From Felis catus (taxonomy: Eukaryota), in the NCBI RefSeq assembly GCF_018350175.1, contig NC_058373.1:106952001-107016000 (forward strand): 64,000 bases of DNA, written 5' to 3'. Shown piece by piece: positions 27,948 to 40,102 of the stretch. The notes below the pieces were generated by a model, which worked only from the letters and a program-made list of their open reading frames with translations, searched no databases and had not been told where the DNA came from. A program made the position numbers and the translations under genes. Position 1 is the first letter of the stretch; the number at the start of each line of letters is the position of its first letter.

Positions 27948-28150
27948 GGGGTGCCTGGGTGGCTCAGTTGGTTAAGCGTCCAACTTTCACTAAGGTCATG
28001 ATCTTGCAGTTTGTGAGTTCAAGCCCCACATCAGGCTCTGTGCTGACACCTCAGAGCCTGGAACCTGCTTCAGATTCTGTGTCTCCCTCCCTCTCTGCTC
28101 CTCTCCTCCTCACACTCTGTCTCTCTCTCAAATAAGTAAACATTAAAAAA
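27948..28150 (+). mobile_element. SINEC
   Basis: Canonical head and tail. Confidence 0.92.
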
Positions 28151-28785
28151 TTTTTCTTTAATGACAATTTCTGAGGCCTATTTCCTTAGGTTTTACTGAC
28201 TATAAATTCCAGTATTTTTCAAAAAGAATTTTACATATTTATTCAACAAAAATTTATATAGTTTTATAATGTGAAAAATCCTGTACTAGGTGTTTTGGAG
28301 ACAGTAGTGAACATCAGAGACTTGATCTCTTACCTTCTGGAACCTAAAATCTAGTGGAAGATACAACATTAAAATATATACATAATCACTTCTATAATTG
28401 AAGTTGTAATGTTATATGAAGGAAGTAGGCAGAATGTTATGAGAGGTATCCTCACAGTCTATGGGAGGAAGGGAAGGCTTGTTTGAGAAAGTGACATGAA
28501 TCAGTGAGTATACTGGTGTAACAAAGCCTATGGTTCTAATCAGATCTGAAGCCAAATCTGTGGTTTCTTTTGTGTTTAAGCTGTATGAGTTGGGTATCCG
28601 TTGCTTACATCTGAGGAGTCTAATATGCCATTTAATGTCAAATAAGATGTAAAATAACTTTTGTTCAAGGTATTTTAAAGAAAAGACAATTATTATTAGA
28701 TTTTGGGTTGCCATTTGAATTTCAGATTGCAAATCATTTTTCTGAGATAATTTTTTCATGTCCATTCTCTAAAGAAAAAGTAATA

Positions 28786-28939
28786 GGGGCGCCTGGGTGG
28801 CTCAGTCCATTAAGTGTCCAACTTGGGCTCAGGTCATGATCGGGTCATGACAGAGGGCTCAATCCCACAAACCATGAGATCATGACCTGAGCCGAAATCA
28901 ACAGTCAGAGGCTTAACTGACAGAGCCACCCAGGTGCCC
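28786..28939. mobile_element. Fused inverted pair of SINEC 5' halves
   Basis: Plus-strand head 28786-28841, short linker, minus-strand head 28855-28939; no tails. Confidence 0.85.
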
Positions 28940-29456
28940 TGAGAACATTTTAAATATTTATGCAAGTTTTGTATACTGCCTATCATTCTCACCTGGTAGG
29001 CCTTAACAAGTATTTCTTAATTATTATTAGGTTAGGCACATCTTTACTTTTGAGATCTTTTTATTTTTATACCCATTAAGTACAGAAGGTAAGAAAGTGA
29101 AAGACTAATTCAACAGATGTGGAATATTAGTAGTTACAAAAAAACCTCAATGTATAATTCAAATATTTTTATATGATCAGAAGGCATCAATTAATCATAA
29201 AGTTGGGCAAAAGAATAAAAATGAGACTAATGAGTAATATTTTAACATATTTTAATGTTTCCCCTTCAAGACGCATTGGAAGACAAAATTATTTCTTCCT
29301 TGGCTAGAAAAAACAGGCATAACTTTTGCAAGTAGTTATTTTTCAGACCAATTTGAACCATGGTATAACTGAATTAATATAAAATGCCTTCCTACTGAAT
29401 ACTTGCTTTACCATTGAAAAGACTTTAAAAGTTACTTTAAAATATCTTTTGTCTCA

Positions 29457-29657
29457 GGGCACATGGGTAGCTCAGTTGGTTGAGCATCTGACTTTGGTTC
29501 AGGTCATGATCTCGCAGTTTGTGAGTACAAGCCCGGCATCGGACTCTGTACTGGCAGCTCGGAGCCTGGAGCCTGCTTCAGATTGTGTGCGTGTGTCTCT
29601 CTCTCTGCCCCTCTCCCACTCACGCTCTCTCTCAAAAATAAATAAAGATTAAAAAAA
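29457..29657 (+). mobile_element. SINEC
   Basis: Canonical structure. Confidence 0.9.
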
Positions 29658-30588
29658 CTTCTGTCCCTATCATTTGATATATGTAGCATATCTTAATAAA
29701 TTTTTAAAAATCTGAACATTAAATTACCTTATGCTTTGCATGAAAATCTCTATCATCTGTCTCTAAAACAAGTAAGACCACCATTCATCAAGCACTCACC
29801 ATGAGCTAAGTGCCAGGTCAAACACTTTAATACTCCCAAAGATCCTCTTTAATAGGTAGGGTGATCAACCCCAATTTTAAAATGAGGAAACTGAAGCAAA
29901 GAGGATAAATAACTGGAAGAGTCAAACTTCAGCATCAATCTTTCAATGTTTAAACCCAGACAGTAACACCAGGGCCCACACTCTTTACTATTCAATACTC
30001 TATCCATTATCCTTCTGCTGTTACACTCTCTTGTGATTCATCAATCTGGAGCTACAAATACTCATGAAAAAAAAATACGTCCTAAAACACACCAAAAAAA
30101 AAAAAAATTATAAGGTGAGCTGATACTTTGGAAAAATTACTTTCTAAAAAGTAGGGTAGTTTAAAGTTCTAAAAAGAATATCATATTCACCTCAAATCAA
30201 AAAAGGTATACTATTAAAGAAATGATGTTTTAAGAGACAATTCTCAGCAAGATGTTAGTATTAGAATACAAAGTGATGTATTTAGAAGCAGAACTGCTGA
30301 GCTGCAAACAACCTGGGTGTGAGTCAGAGAATATTAGGACAGGCCTGTCCACCAGGGATGTAGATTTGATTGTATGTGACTTGTGTCAGCTTTGGAGAAA
30401 TCAAGAGCAAACTATAAAAGCAAGCAATGGGAATGTTTCTAAATGAGCCATTCAGCCTCTAAGGCAAGTTATATGGAGCAATTGAAATTCAAAGGGAAAG
30501 CATCAACATGCCAGCCAGGTTTATACATTGCTTGTTCATTCATTCCTTCAAAAGATCAGAAAAACTTTATTTAAAAAATTGTAATTTT

Positions 30589-30762
30589 GGGGACACCTGG
30601 GTGTCTCAGTTGGTTCAACCTATGACTTCAGCTCAGGTCATGATCTCTTGGTTCATGAGTTCCAGCCCTGCATTGGGCTCTCTATTGTCAGCGCAGAGCC
30701 CACTTCAGATCTTCAGTCTCCCTCTCTCTCTGCCCCTCATGTGTGTGCACCCGCTCGTACTC
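30589..30762 (+). mobile_element. SINEC lacking its tail (abutted by L1 T tract)
   Basis: Head and body, then directly the T tract of a minus-strand L1. Confidence 0.85.
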
Positions 30763-31157
30763 TTTTTTTTTAATTATTAAATTTATTGTCAAATTGGTTT
30801 CCATACAACACCCAATGCTCATCCCAACAGGTGCCCTCCTCAATGCCCATCACTTAAAGCTTGTGCCCTCCTCAATGCCCATCACTTTCCCCTCCCTCCC
30901 ACCCCCCGTCAACCCTGTTTATTCTCAGTTTTTAAGAGTCTCTTATGATTGGGCTCCCTCCCTCTCTTACTTTTTTTTTCTTTCCCCTCCCCCATGGTCT
31001 TCTGTTAAGTTTCTCAGGATCTACATAAGAGTGAAAACATATGGTATCTGTCTTTCTCTGTATGACTTATTTCACTTAGCATAACACTCTCCAGTTTCAT
31101 CCACATTGCTACAAGTGGACATATTTCATTCTTTCTCATTGCCACGTAGTATTCCAT
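30763..31157 (-). mobile_element. Young L1_Fc-type 3' end
   Basis: aaatttattgtcaaattggtttccatacaaca...gccacgtagtattccat. Confidence 0.92.
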
Positions 31158-31158
31158 A

Positions 31159-31625
31159 CAGCACTTTCAACAATAGCCAAATTATGGAAAGAGCCTCAAT
31201 GTCCATCAACTGATGGATAAAGAAATTGTGGTTTATATACACAATGGAATACTATGTGGCAATGAGAAAGAATGAAATATGGCCTTTTGTAGCAACGTGG
31301 ATGGAACTGGAGAGTATGATGCTAAGTGAAATAAGCCATACAGAGAAAGACAGATACCATATGGTTTCACTCTTATGTGGATCCTGAGAAACTTAACAGA
31401 AACCCATGGGGGAGGGGGAGGGAAAAAAAAAGAGGTTAGAGTGGGAGAGAGCCAAAGCATAAGAGACTCTTAAAAACTGAGAACAAACTGAGGGTTGATG
31501 GGGGGTGGGAGGGAGGGGAGGGTGGGTGATGGGTATTGAGGAGGGCACATTTTGGGATGAGCACTGGGTGTTGTATGGAAACCAATTTGACAATAAATTT
31601 CATATATTGAAAAAAAAAGAAAAAA
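31159..31625 (+). mobile_element. Young L1_Fc-type 3' end
   Basis: cagcactttcaacaatagcc...caatttgacaataaatttcatatattg plus A tail; near-identical to 24218-24608. Confidence 0.92.
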
Positions 31626-31820
31626 TATAAATATCAAAACCTTTAAAAAAATAAATGTACCACTGACCTATTATCATACTTTAAATAAATAAATAAATAA
31701 ATAAATGAATTTTAAAAACACACAGTCCAAAGTTTTCTTAAATTCTTTCTGTCATTAGCTAAATCATTTCTCTGACTTCTAAAAGTCTTTGGGAAAGCTT
31801 AATTTCATACAATTGTCATG

Positions 31821-32231
31821 TGTTGTGGACACCCTGAAGAAACAAGAAAGACTCTCACTCCAAATATGCTTTGTATATTGAGACTGATGATATCACACAC
31901 ACCCCAGTAGGGTATGAAAAGGTTTATTACTCACATAATGATGTTTTCTGGAGAAAGCAGGCCAGGCCTATCTAGTTCTCTGAAAATGGCTTGAGAGATC
32001 AGAGACATCAGAGAGATCAGACACTGACTGTGGGTTTTTAAGGTGGTGTGGGATGGGGCCAAAACAAGAGTTCCTATACATGGTTTGAACTTCCCACTAG
32101 TGCCAAAGGTGGGAACCTGGGCTTTCTTACCAGATTGATCAGATATGGGGCAGAAGGGGAAGAAAGTGCGGTGAAGCTTAAAGCTTGTGAGCATTCACAC
32201 ACCAAAATATGGAGTCAGACTTTTTATTACT
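31821..32231 (-). mobile_element. Probable ERV1-class solo LTR (MER67/MER31-like)
   Basis: Minus strand starts gtaataaaaagtctgactccat..., has an internal AATAAA (31923-31928) and ends acaaca. Family from recall only. Confidence 0.6.
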
Positions 32232-32538
32232 CAATAACTCTATATAACTAATTTACAAAATACAAAGACATTGAACATTATGCTTATATAATTTCATCAA
32301 ATTTTAAATATCTTCATTTATCTATATAATTGACAAGCAAATACTGCATATAAAACATAAAGGTGAGTTTTTTTGTTAGAGACAGAAAACAAAATTTTAA
32401 ATGTTTTTCAAAAAAGTTTAAGCAAAAAATACAACAGTATCATCATTAATACAACAATCTAATTCTCAGAAATTACTCTAGCCCTTCACATTAATTTCTT
32501 TCCATTAAAGATATTAGAATAACTGATAAAATTAGAAT

Positions 32539-32544
32539 TTTATT
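32539..32544 (-). terminator. Candidate SIX6OS1 polyadenylation signal (AATAAA)
   Basis: First AATAAA I found on the gene strand, about 580 nt past the stop, within AT-rich unique 3'UTR-like sequence. Usage not demonstrated. Confidence 0.4.
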
Positions 32545-33122
32545 ATTTGTTGTATTCAAAAAAATAACAGATTTAATTCACTATCAATAAAACAAATTAT
32601 GTGAGATTATCACTGATGTACCACACTTTTTTTTGAAGTACCACCACTCTTTATAGTGAAGCACAGTAATTTTAAGAGCATTTTTTAGTAGCTAAGGTAC
32701 AAAGTATATCTCAGGATTAATTCTGCATAGTTACTGCCATCTTCTGATGGCCTGAAGTTTTCATTCTTATCAAAGCACCTAAATTACTACAAGAATGAAA
32801 CTTAGGTTCTGGGGAGAAGCAGGTTTAATATTTATAGTAAATATTAATGGAAAAGTATCAAATTCTATTAATTCTGCCTAAATATGGCTTGCAAAATCAA
32901 AACCAAAATAATGATAGCAAGTGCTGCAAATAAAATAAAATTAGATGACATAGGCTTAATTTCCATCAGTATTTAAATATATAATCAAATAATGTAACTA
33001 TGCTAACCTATTATTGCTTTAACCAACAAAATAAAGTAGTCTTCATTTTTAAAGTAATAATGTAAATTTATGCCCTAGATGGTTACAGAGCAGTTAAATA
33101 ATTCAAGAAATTAGTAATTAGT

Positions 33123-33322
33123 TCAAAAAAAGGTAAATTGCGTTGTATTTTGTGAGGAAGATGAAAAACCTTTTACAGAAGAAGGTGTTGAGTTTTGATC
33201 CTGTTCAAATGAAAATGGAAAACTAAAATCATCTTTTCCAGTTCCAAATGTATGAGTTGAAGAGTCTGATGAAAAAGAAAATGTAAAGGCATCTTCTCCT
33301 TCTGGTTTCCCAAATAAGTTTC
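33123..33322 (-). CDS. C14orf39: SIX6OS1 terminal coding exon including TGA stop
   Basis: ttcctcag|GA AAC TTA... gives (G)NLFGKPEGEDAFTFSFSSDSSTHTFGTGKDDFSFPFSFEQDQNSTPSSVKGFSSSSQNTTQFTFF*, matching the recalled human C-terminus SSSSQNTTQFTFF. Confidence 0.95.
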
Positions 33323-34108
33323 CTGAGGAAGGTAAATATTATAATATCATGCTATTCATGCTACATAATTTGCATAACCTACTAAGTTACAGTATGCTGC
33401 AAACAATGCGTAGGGTAACATCTTATTGCTTATTAAGCAGATACTTAACTATATTCCTCCTATGGGCAAAGAATTGTCCTTTGTACTATGAAAAAACAGA
33501 TTCAAACTTAAACCCTATTTTCGAGTAATTTGAACACAAGTATAAAAAGGGCCAGTATATATGGTAGAAAAAAGGGTAAAGCACCTCAAATGGAGAGAAT
33601 ACCACAGAGGCACAGAAACAGGCATGCATAAGAAGTATAAGGATAACAGAAATCAATTCAGCTCGTCAGGAGAACTAAGAAATAATAGTCATTAAAAGGG
33701 TATTAATGAAGATGAGCTTGGAAAGACTGCTGAATGTCCAACTACAGAATCTGGACTTTATTTGATATGTAAGAGGAAGCCATTAAAAGTTTTCAAGTGG
33801 AGCTATGACAGGATTTGAACTGCTTTATAAGGATTACTAAGGAAAGGATGTGTAGAAAGGTTGAAATAGTAGAGCATTTAGAAGTCAGAATAACAGGAAA
33901 GGGATGACGAAAGCTTGGTCTTACAGTCATAGCAAAGGGAATGGAGAAAGAAATGCTGGGTCTGAGAGATAACTGCAGAAGTCAAATTTACTCAACTATT
34001 ATTGATGAGTTACTACAATGTATTGTTTGTAGTACCCAAGGAAATGGACAGAACAGTGAAATGGACAGAACAGTGAAAAAGCTTCTATAGTTTCAAAAGG
34101 AATTTTTG

Positions 34109-34132
34109 TATATGTGCTGCTGAAGCAAGCAC
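34109..34132 (-). pseudogene. 3'-truncated (tailless) U6 snRNA retrocopy
   Basis: Minus strand GTGCTTGCTTCAGCAGCACATATA equals U6 nt 1-24 (GTGCTCGCTTCGGCAGCACATATA) with two CpG-decay changes. Perfect 17-bp TSD ttcaaaaggaatttttg at 34092-34108 and 34133-34149. Confidence 0.85.
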
Positions 34133-35204
34133 TTCAAAAGGAATTTTTGAAATCAACTTTACATAAATAATTTTAACGACTCTAAGAATTGCCCCTAAGG
34201 AAAAATATTGTTTCTCATTCATTATATTATGTAAGACTATAAAAATAAAAATATTTTAAATATCTTAATTAGAATTCTTAATTATTACTAAACAACACAA
34301 AATGCACAGTAATCTAAAACCTTATTGGAAGCAAGTCTTTTAAAGCACCTGTATTTCTTCCATAGAGAAACAATTCAATTAGTACATTAAGCAAAAAATT
34401 TTATTTTGTGGCACTTTGAAGTTTCATATATCTTTAAACATCTCAATTATTTCATTCTAAATAAAGGTGAACCAACCAGAAGTAGAAGAGATAGATGGAG
34501 GGATGGTTAGATAGACAGATGGACTGACTGATTACCATATACTTGAGTTCTTCCTCTCTCCATTTTTCCACTGACTTCAGTGTACATCCATAATACTAAA
34601 ATAAAGGAAAGTAGCTCTAATATAGCTATAGATTCAGAAAGAACTAAAAGCTTAAATCTGCCTTTGAATAAATAAATTTGATGTTTACATTTAATTTCAG
34701 AAGAAAAGAAGTTCATATGAAGTCTTCATAAAACTTCCATGTTCATTATAAATAAAATAGTAGATTACTGTGCAAGGTGCTGTGGACAATTTAAAGGTGA
34801 GTAAAACAGAACCCCTGTCCTCAAAGACCTGTGATTAGGAGAGATTTTATATATATTCATAAATAATAACAGAGAGTAGAATATTCAAAAAGTAAATAAA
34901 AAAGAAACATTCAGAAAAGTGAAGGAGACATTTTTTTGGAATGAAAGGCTGAAGACAAAAGGATTTATGGAACTTGGTTTTTAACAGATAGTTAGAAAGA
35001 ATTAGAAATTGAGGATTTCAGGAAGAAAAAAATGGATAAGAAAGTACAGGCATATTTGGGATGCAGTGAATTCTTTAGTTTGGCCAAAAGCATACATTAT
35101 TCTTATAAGAGAAAAGGCTTAAAAGGTATGTTGGAGCAAGGTTAGAAAAACAGGAGCATAATTTGATACTCCATGGGGAGCCACTAAAGATATTAACTAG
35201 GGAA

Positions 35205-36792
35205 AACAATGTGATTTTATATGTAGAAAATCCTAGAGACTCTACCAAAAAAACTGTTAGATCTAATCAATGAATTCAGCAAAGTTGCAGGATACAAAAT
35301 TAATACACAAAAATCAGTAACATTTCTATATGCTAACAATAATCTGAAAAAGAAATTTTAAAAAATAATCCTCTTTACAATAGAGTAATATTGCAAATAT
35401 TGTACAGAATAAAATATTTAGGAATAAACTTAACCAAGAATGGTGAAAGATCTCTACTCTGAAAACTACAAGACACTGATGAAAGAAATTATAGAAGATA
35501 CAAATATACGGAAAAGTACCCTGTGTTCATAGATTGGAAGAATTAATATTGTTAAAATATCAATACCACTGAAAGCCATCTATAGATTCAATGCAATCCC
35601 TACCAAGATTCCAATGGCATTTTTTATAGAATTAGAAAAAACCCTCCCCAAATTTATACACAACCACAAAAAACTCCCAAAAGCCAAACAATCCTGCAAA
35701 AGAAGAACAAAATGGGAGGCATTATACTTCCTGGTTTCAATTAAACTACAAAGCTAATATTAATCAAAACAATATGGCACTGGCACAAAAACAAGCAGAT
35801 CAACAGAACAGGGCTTGCATATACAGTCAACTAATATTTGACAAGGGAGTTAAGGACAGAGAAAAGACAGTCTCTTCAATAAATAGTGCTGAGAAAATTG
35901 GGATACTAACATGTAAAAAGGATGAAACTAGATCCCTATACCACTCACAAAAATTAACGTGAAATGGATTAAAGACTTAAATGTAAGACCTAAAACCATG
36001 AATGTCCTAAAAGAAAACATAGGAACAAAGCTCCTTGCCACTGTCTTGACTTTTTGGGTATGATACCTACAGCATAACCAATAAAATAAAAAACAGACAA
36101 GTGTAACTACATCAAATTAAAAAGCTTCTGCACAGCAAAAGAAACAACAAAGTTAAAGTTAAAAGACAACCTATGGAATAGGAAAAATATTTGCAAATCA
36201 TGTATGTGATAAGGGGGATTAATATCCAAAATACATAAAGACCCCATACAAATCAGTAGCAAAAAACCAAATAATCCAATTAAAATAGGCAAATGACCTG
36301 GATAGACATTTTTCCAAAAGGCCAACAGGTACTATGGTGGCCAACAGGCATATGAAAGGATGCTCAACATCACTAGTCATTAGTGAAATGCAAATCAAAA
36401 CCACAATGAGAATTCATCTCATACCTGTTAGAATGCTCATCATCAAAAAGACAAGAGATAACAAATGCTGGCAAGGATGTACAGAAAAGGGAACACTTGT
36501 ACACCATTGGTAGGATTGTAAACTGATATAGCCACTACGGAAAACAGTATGGAGGATTCTTAAAAAGTTAAAAATAGAACAACCATATGACCCAGCAATT
36601 CTACTCTGGGAATATATCCAAAGGAAATGAAAACATTGACTCAAAAAGATTAGTGTACCTCCATGTTCATAGCAGCATAATTTATAATAGCTAAGACATA
36701 GAAACAACTTAAGTGTCCATCAGCTAATGAATGGATAAAACAGTTGTGAGGTGTATATCTATCTATGTATAGATAGATAGATAGATAGACAG

Positions 36793-36845
<53 letters not shown>

Positions 36846-37385
36846 GGAATATTAAGCCATAAAAAAACAAGGACATCTTGCCATTTAAAACAACACTGAT
36901 GGACCTTAAGGGCATTATACTAATTGAAGTAAGTCAGACAGAGAAAGACAAATGATGTATGATTTCACTTACATGTGGAACTGAAGGAAAGGGAAGGGAA
37001 ACCCATAGAAAAAAAATTCAGATTTGTGATTACCAGAGGTGGGAGGAGGGGGAGGGGAATTTGGAGGAAGGTGGTCAAAAGATACAAACTTCCAGTTCTA
37101 AGATAAATAAGTACTATGGAAGTAACTAAAACATGATGACTATAGTTAACACTGCTGTATGATACATAGGAAAGATATTAAGAGAGTAAATCCTAAGAGT
37201 TCTCATCACAAAGAAAAAATTTTTTTGCTTTTTCTTTTTATTATATCTATATGGGATGCTGGATACTCACTAAACTTATTACAGTAATAATTTTAAAACA
37301 TGTGTAAGTCAAACCATTATGCAGTACCTCTTAAATTTGTACAGTGATGTATGTCAATTATATTAACAAACTGGGGGAAAAAAAG
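35205..37385 (+). mobile_element. 5'-truncated L1 (ORF2 3' half and 3'UTR)
   Basis: gaattcagcaaagttgcaggatacaaaat, SQLIFDKG, 3'UTR; contains (GATA)n(CA)n at about 36768-36843. Confidence 0.92.
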
Positions 37386-37589
37386 ACTAAAAACATAAGG
37401 TCCTAAAGTTTAGGAGAAGTCAGGGAGGGAACATAGGAATTTGGTCATCACCTGTATTATAATATTTGAAAGTGCTGAAGTGAATGAGTGTCAAATGAAT
37501 AAGAATGTCAAAGGAGAGAATATTAACATTCTAATTTTATTAAATAAGGTTTAATTAAAAGAATGTCTACAATTGGTATATTCATTCTG

Positions 37590-39120
37590 GTCTCATAGCA
37601 TTAAATGTCATTTATGACAATTTCAAAATTTATGTCTTCACCTTGCTGAATTCCAAATTCATATATACAATTTCTTACTTTACTTTTACTTAGCTATCTA
37701 ACAGAGGCTTTTCAGTTGATAACACTTCCAAAACTAAACTCCCAGGTCCTGTTGGTCTCTAACATATGGCCTTCCATATTTCAATAAGTGGCAGTTCCAT
37801 TCTTATTCATCAAAATCTTCTTTGTATCATCCTTATTTCTATCTCTTAATCCTTACGTCCTGTCCATTAGCAAATCCTTACAACTCTACCTTCAGAAAGC
37901 TTAATGACCAAATCCAACCTCTTCTCACCACTTCCACTACCACTATCCTTGCCACCATTAATTTTCACCTGTAGTATTTTAATTACTTCCTAATAAATCT
38001 CCCTGGTTTCACCCTTGTTTCCATATAGTCCATTCTCCATACAGTAGCCAAATAATGCTCTTAAAACCTATTAAATCATTTCAGTCCTTTGCTCAAAACT
38101 TTCCAATAAACTGCTCATCTCATTAGGAAAAAAACCCAAAGTCCTTAATTGTCTTAGGGCCCCATATGGTTTGCTCTCCCTCCAACCTCTCTGATTTAAT
38201 TTCCTACCAGTTTCTCATGCCTTATTTGATTCCAATCATACCAATTTACCCACTATTCAACACACATGCTGAATATGCTCTCATCTCAAGACCTTTGCAC
38301 CCTCTGCCTAGAACACTTAACCACATAGCTTGTACCTGGCACCTCCTTCAGGTTTTTGCTCAATGGCTGCCTTTTAGTGATGCCTTCCCTGACTCCCTTG
38401 TAACAGAGTAACCAACCGCCCAATCCAAATACTCCCTATTTCCCTTATTCCGTTTACTTTTCTTCATAATACTGATCATCCACAGTAAGTAAAAAGCAAA
38501 CATCAAGCCTGCATTGATCCAAGCCCACCTGGAAGAATGACCTTGAAGTTGGAATTCTCATAGGTCTATTTTCTTAAAAAATATGGAATTAAAGTAAATG
38601 CTGTGTCTTCCTTGTTTAGTGTAAGACTGCACCTGAATTAGGTGAGCTGTGAGTTAGGATGCAGTCCTTGGACCTTATGATTAGAATGATATTAAAAGAC
38701 TGGTGGGAAACTGAGGTTGCAGATTTTCTGTTATGCACCATGCCTTTTGTCCATAGTAGCTTTACATGTCTTGTGTGAGTGATGTGGCAAATGAAACCTT
38801 ATTTGGGTAGCTGGTGGGCCTCTCAATGAGATAAAGACACTGTACATGCTGTTATTTCCTATCCTGTATCTTTCTATAAAGCTAAGTAAATCTAAGATTA
38901 AAAGTTGTAACGTGTGAGTCTACCAATATCTACTGTTGTTTAGTGCACTACCTGACATATAATCGTTTGTCTACTTTCAGTTTCTCCCACTAGAACAAAA
39001 ACCCTATGAGAACTTTGCATTCTTGTCCACTATCCTATCATCAGAGCCAAAGCAGTACTGCATATGAAATATACTATATGTATACACATACATGTTTATA
39101 TTTATATGTTGAATGAATCC
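37590..39120 (+). mobile_element. Ancient L2 fragments, possibly interrupted by an LTR (about 38490-38935)
   Basis: L2-like pyrimidine-rich body ending tgttgaatgaat. Confidence 0.6.
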
Positions 39121-39482
39121 ATTAATCATAGGATTAAAGAAGAAAGAAGATCCAATAAAAAGTAAGCACCAGAGAGAGAGGATGAAACCCAAAAACTTCA
39201 GAAGGATGAGAAGAGTCAACTATATCACATGCTGCAAAGATACTGAGTATAATAATAAATAAAAAATACCCATAATGTTTGATAATTGTTAACTCACCAG
39301 TAATATTAGAGAATTTGGTAGAGTAGTGACAGAAGAAGCTAAATCACTACAAAAAATGATTAGTGAGTGATGCAGAAGTAATAGCATTTTAAAAGAATAA
39401 GCTGAGAAAAATCAGAGACAAACTAAATACAAAGTGGAGAAAGTAACATGTTTTTATATGTAGCAAACTTCAAATCACTTAC

Positions 39483-39540
39483 CAATTTCTTGTTGTGATG
39501 AAAGAGGATTTAAATTTCCCGCAGAATAATGTTCATTAAA
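39483..39540 (-). CDS. C14orf39: SIX6OS1 penultimate coding exon
   Basis: ttttcag|TTT AAT GAA...ATT G|gtaagt. FNEHYSAGNLNPLSSQQEI. 58 nt. Confidence 0.93.
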
Positions 39541-39724
39541 CTGAAAAATAATTTCCATTCAACATTACTCATGAAGTCAGTAGAACAGCAAATATGACAT
39601 TTGTATTTGAATATAAACCCTAATTTTTCTAATAAGCTTAATTAGAGTAGACAAAAATGGCAACATTCTTTTTTTTTTTAATGGCAACATTCTATATAGC
39701 ATACTACTGTACTTTATTTTTGTG

Positions 39725-39943
39725 TTTTTTTTTTAATTTTTTTTAACGTTTATTTATTTTTGAGACAGAGACAGAGCATGAACGGGGGAGGGGCAGATAG
39801 AGAGGGAGACACAGAATCGGAAGCAGGCTCCAGGCTCTGGGCCATCAGCCCAGAGCCCGACTCCGGGCTCGAACTCACAGACCGCGAGATCATGACCTGA
39901 GCTGAAGTCGGACGCTTAACCGACTGAGCCACCCAGGTGCCCC
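39725..39943 (-). mobile_element. Young SINEC_Fc
   Basis: CpG-rich; TSD atactactgtacttta. Confidence 0.95.
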
Positions 39944-40102
39944 GATACTACTGTACTTTAAAAAAGAAATCTATCTTTAAAACCTATCATTTAGCCTAAA
40001 AGAAGGCTTATTGATTTCATTCTGGCAATGGATAAAATCTTAAAAGGTGTATATATTGTGCTAAAAATAGTTCCTACTTTGGAATATTAATATAACCTAA
40101 AA

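Noticed and set aside
28412..28765. 117-aa minus-strand ORF downstream of SIX6OS1
   Set aside because: No homology recognised, and it partly overlaps L2-like decayed sequence.
34041..34077. 17-bp tandem duplication gaaatggacagaacagt
   Set aside because: Simple slippage duplication with no insert; only two units, not an array.
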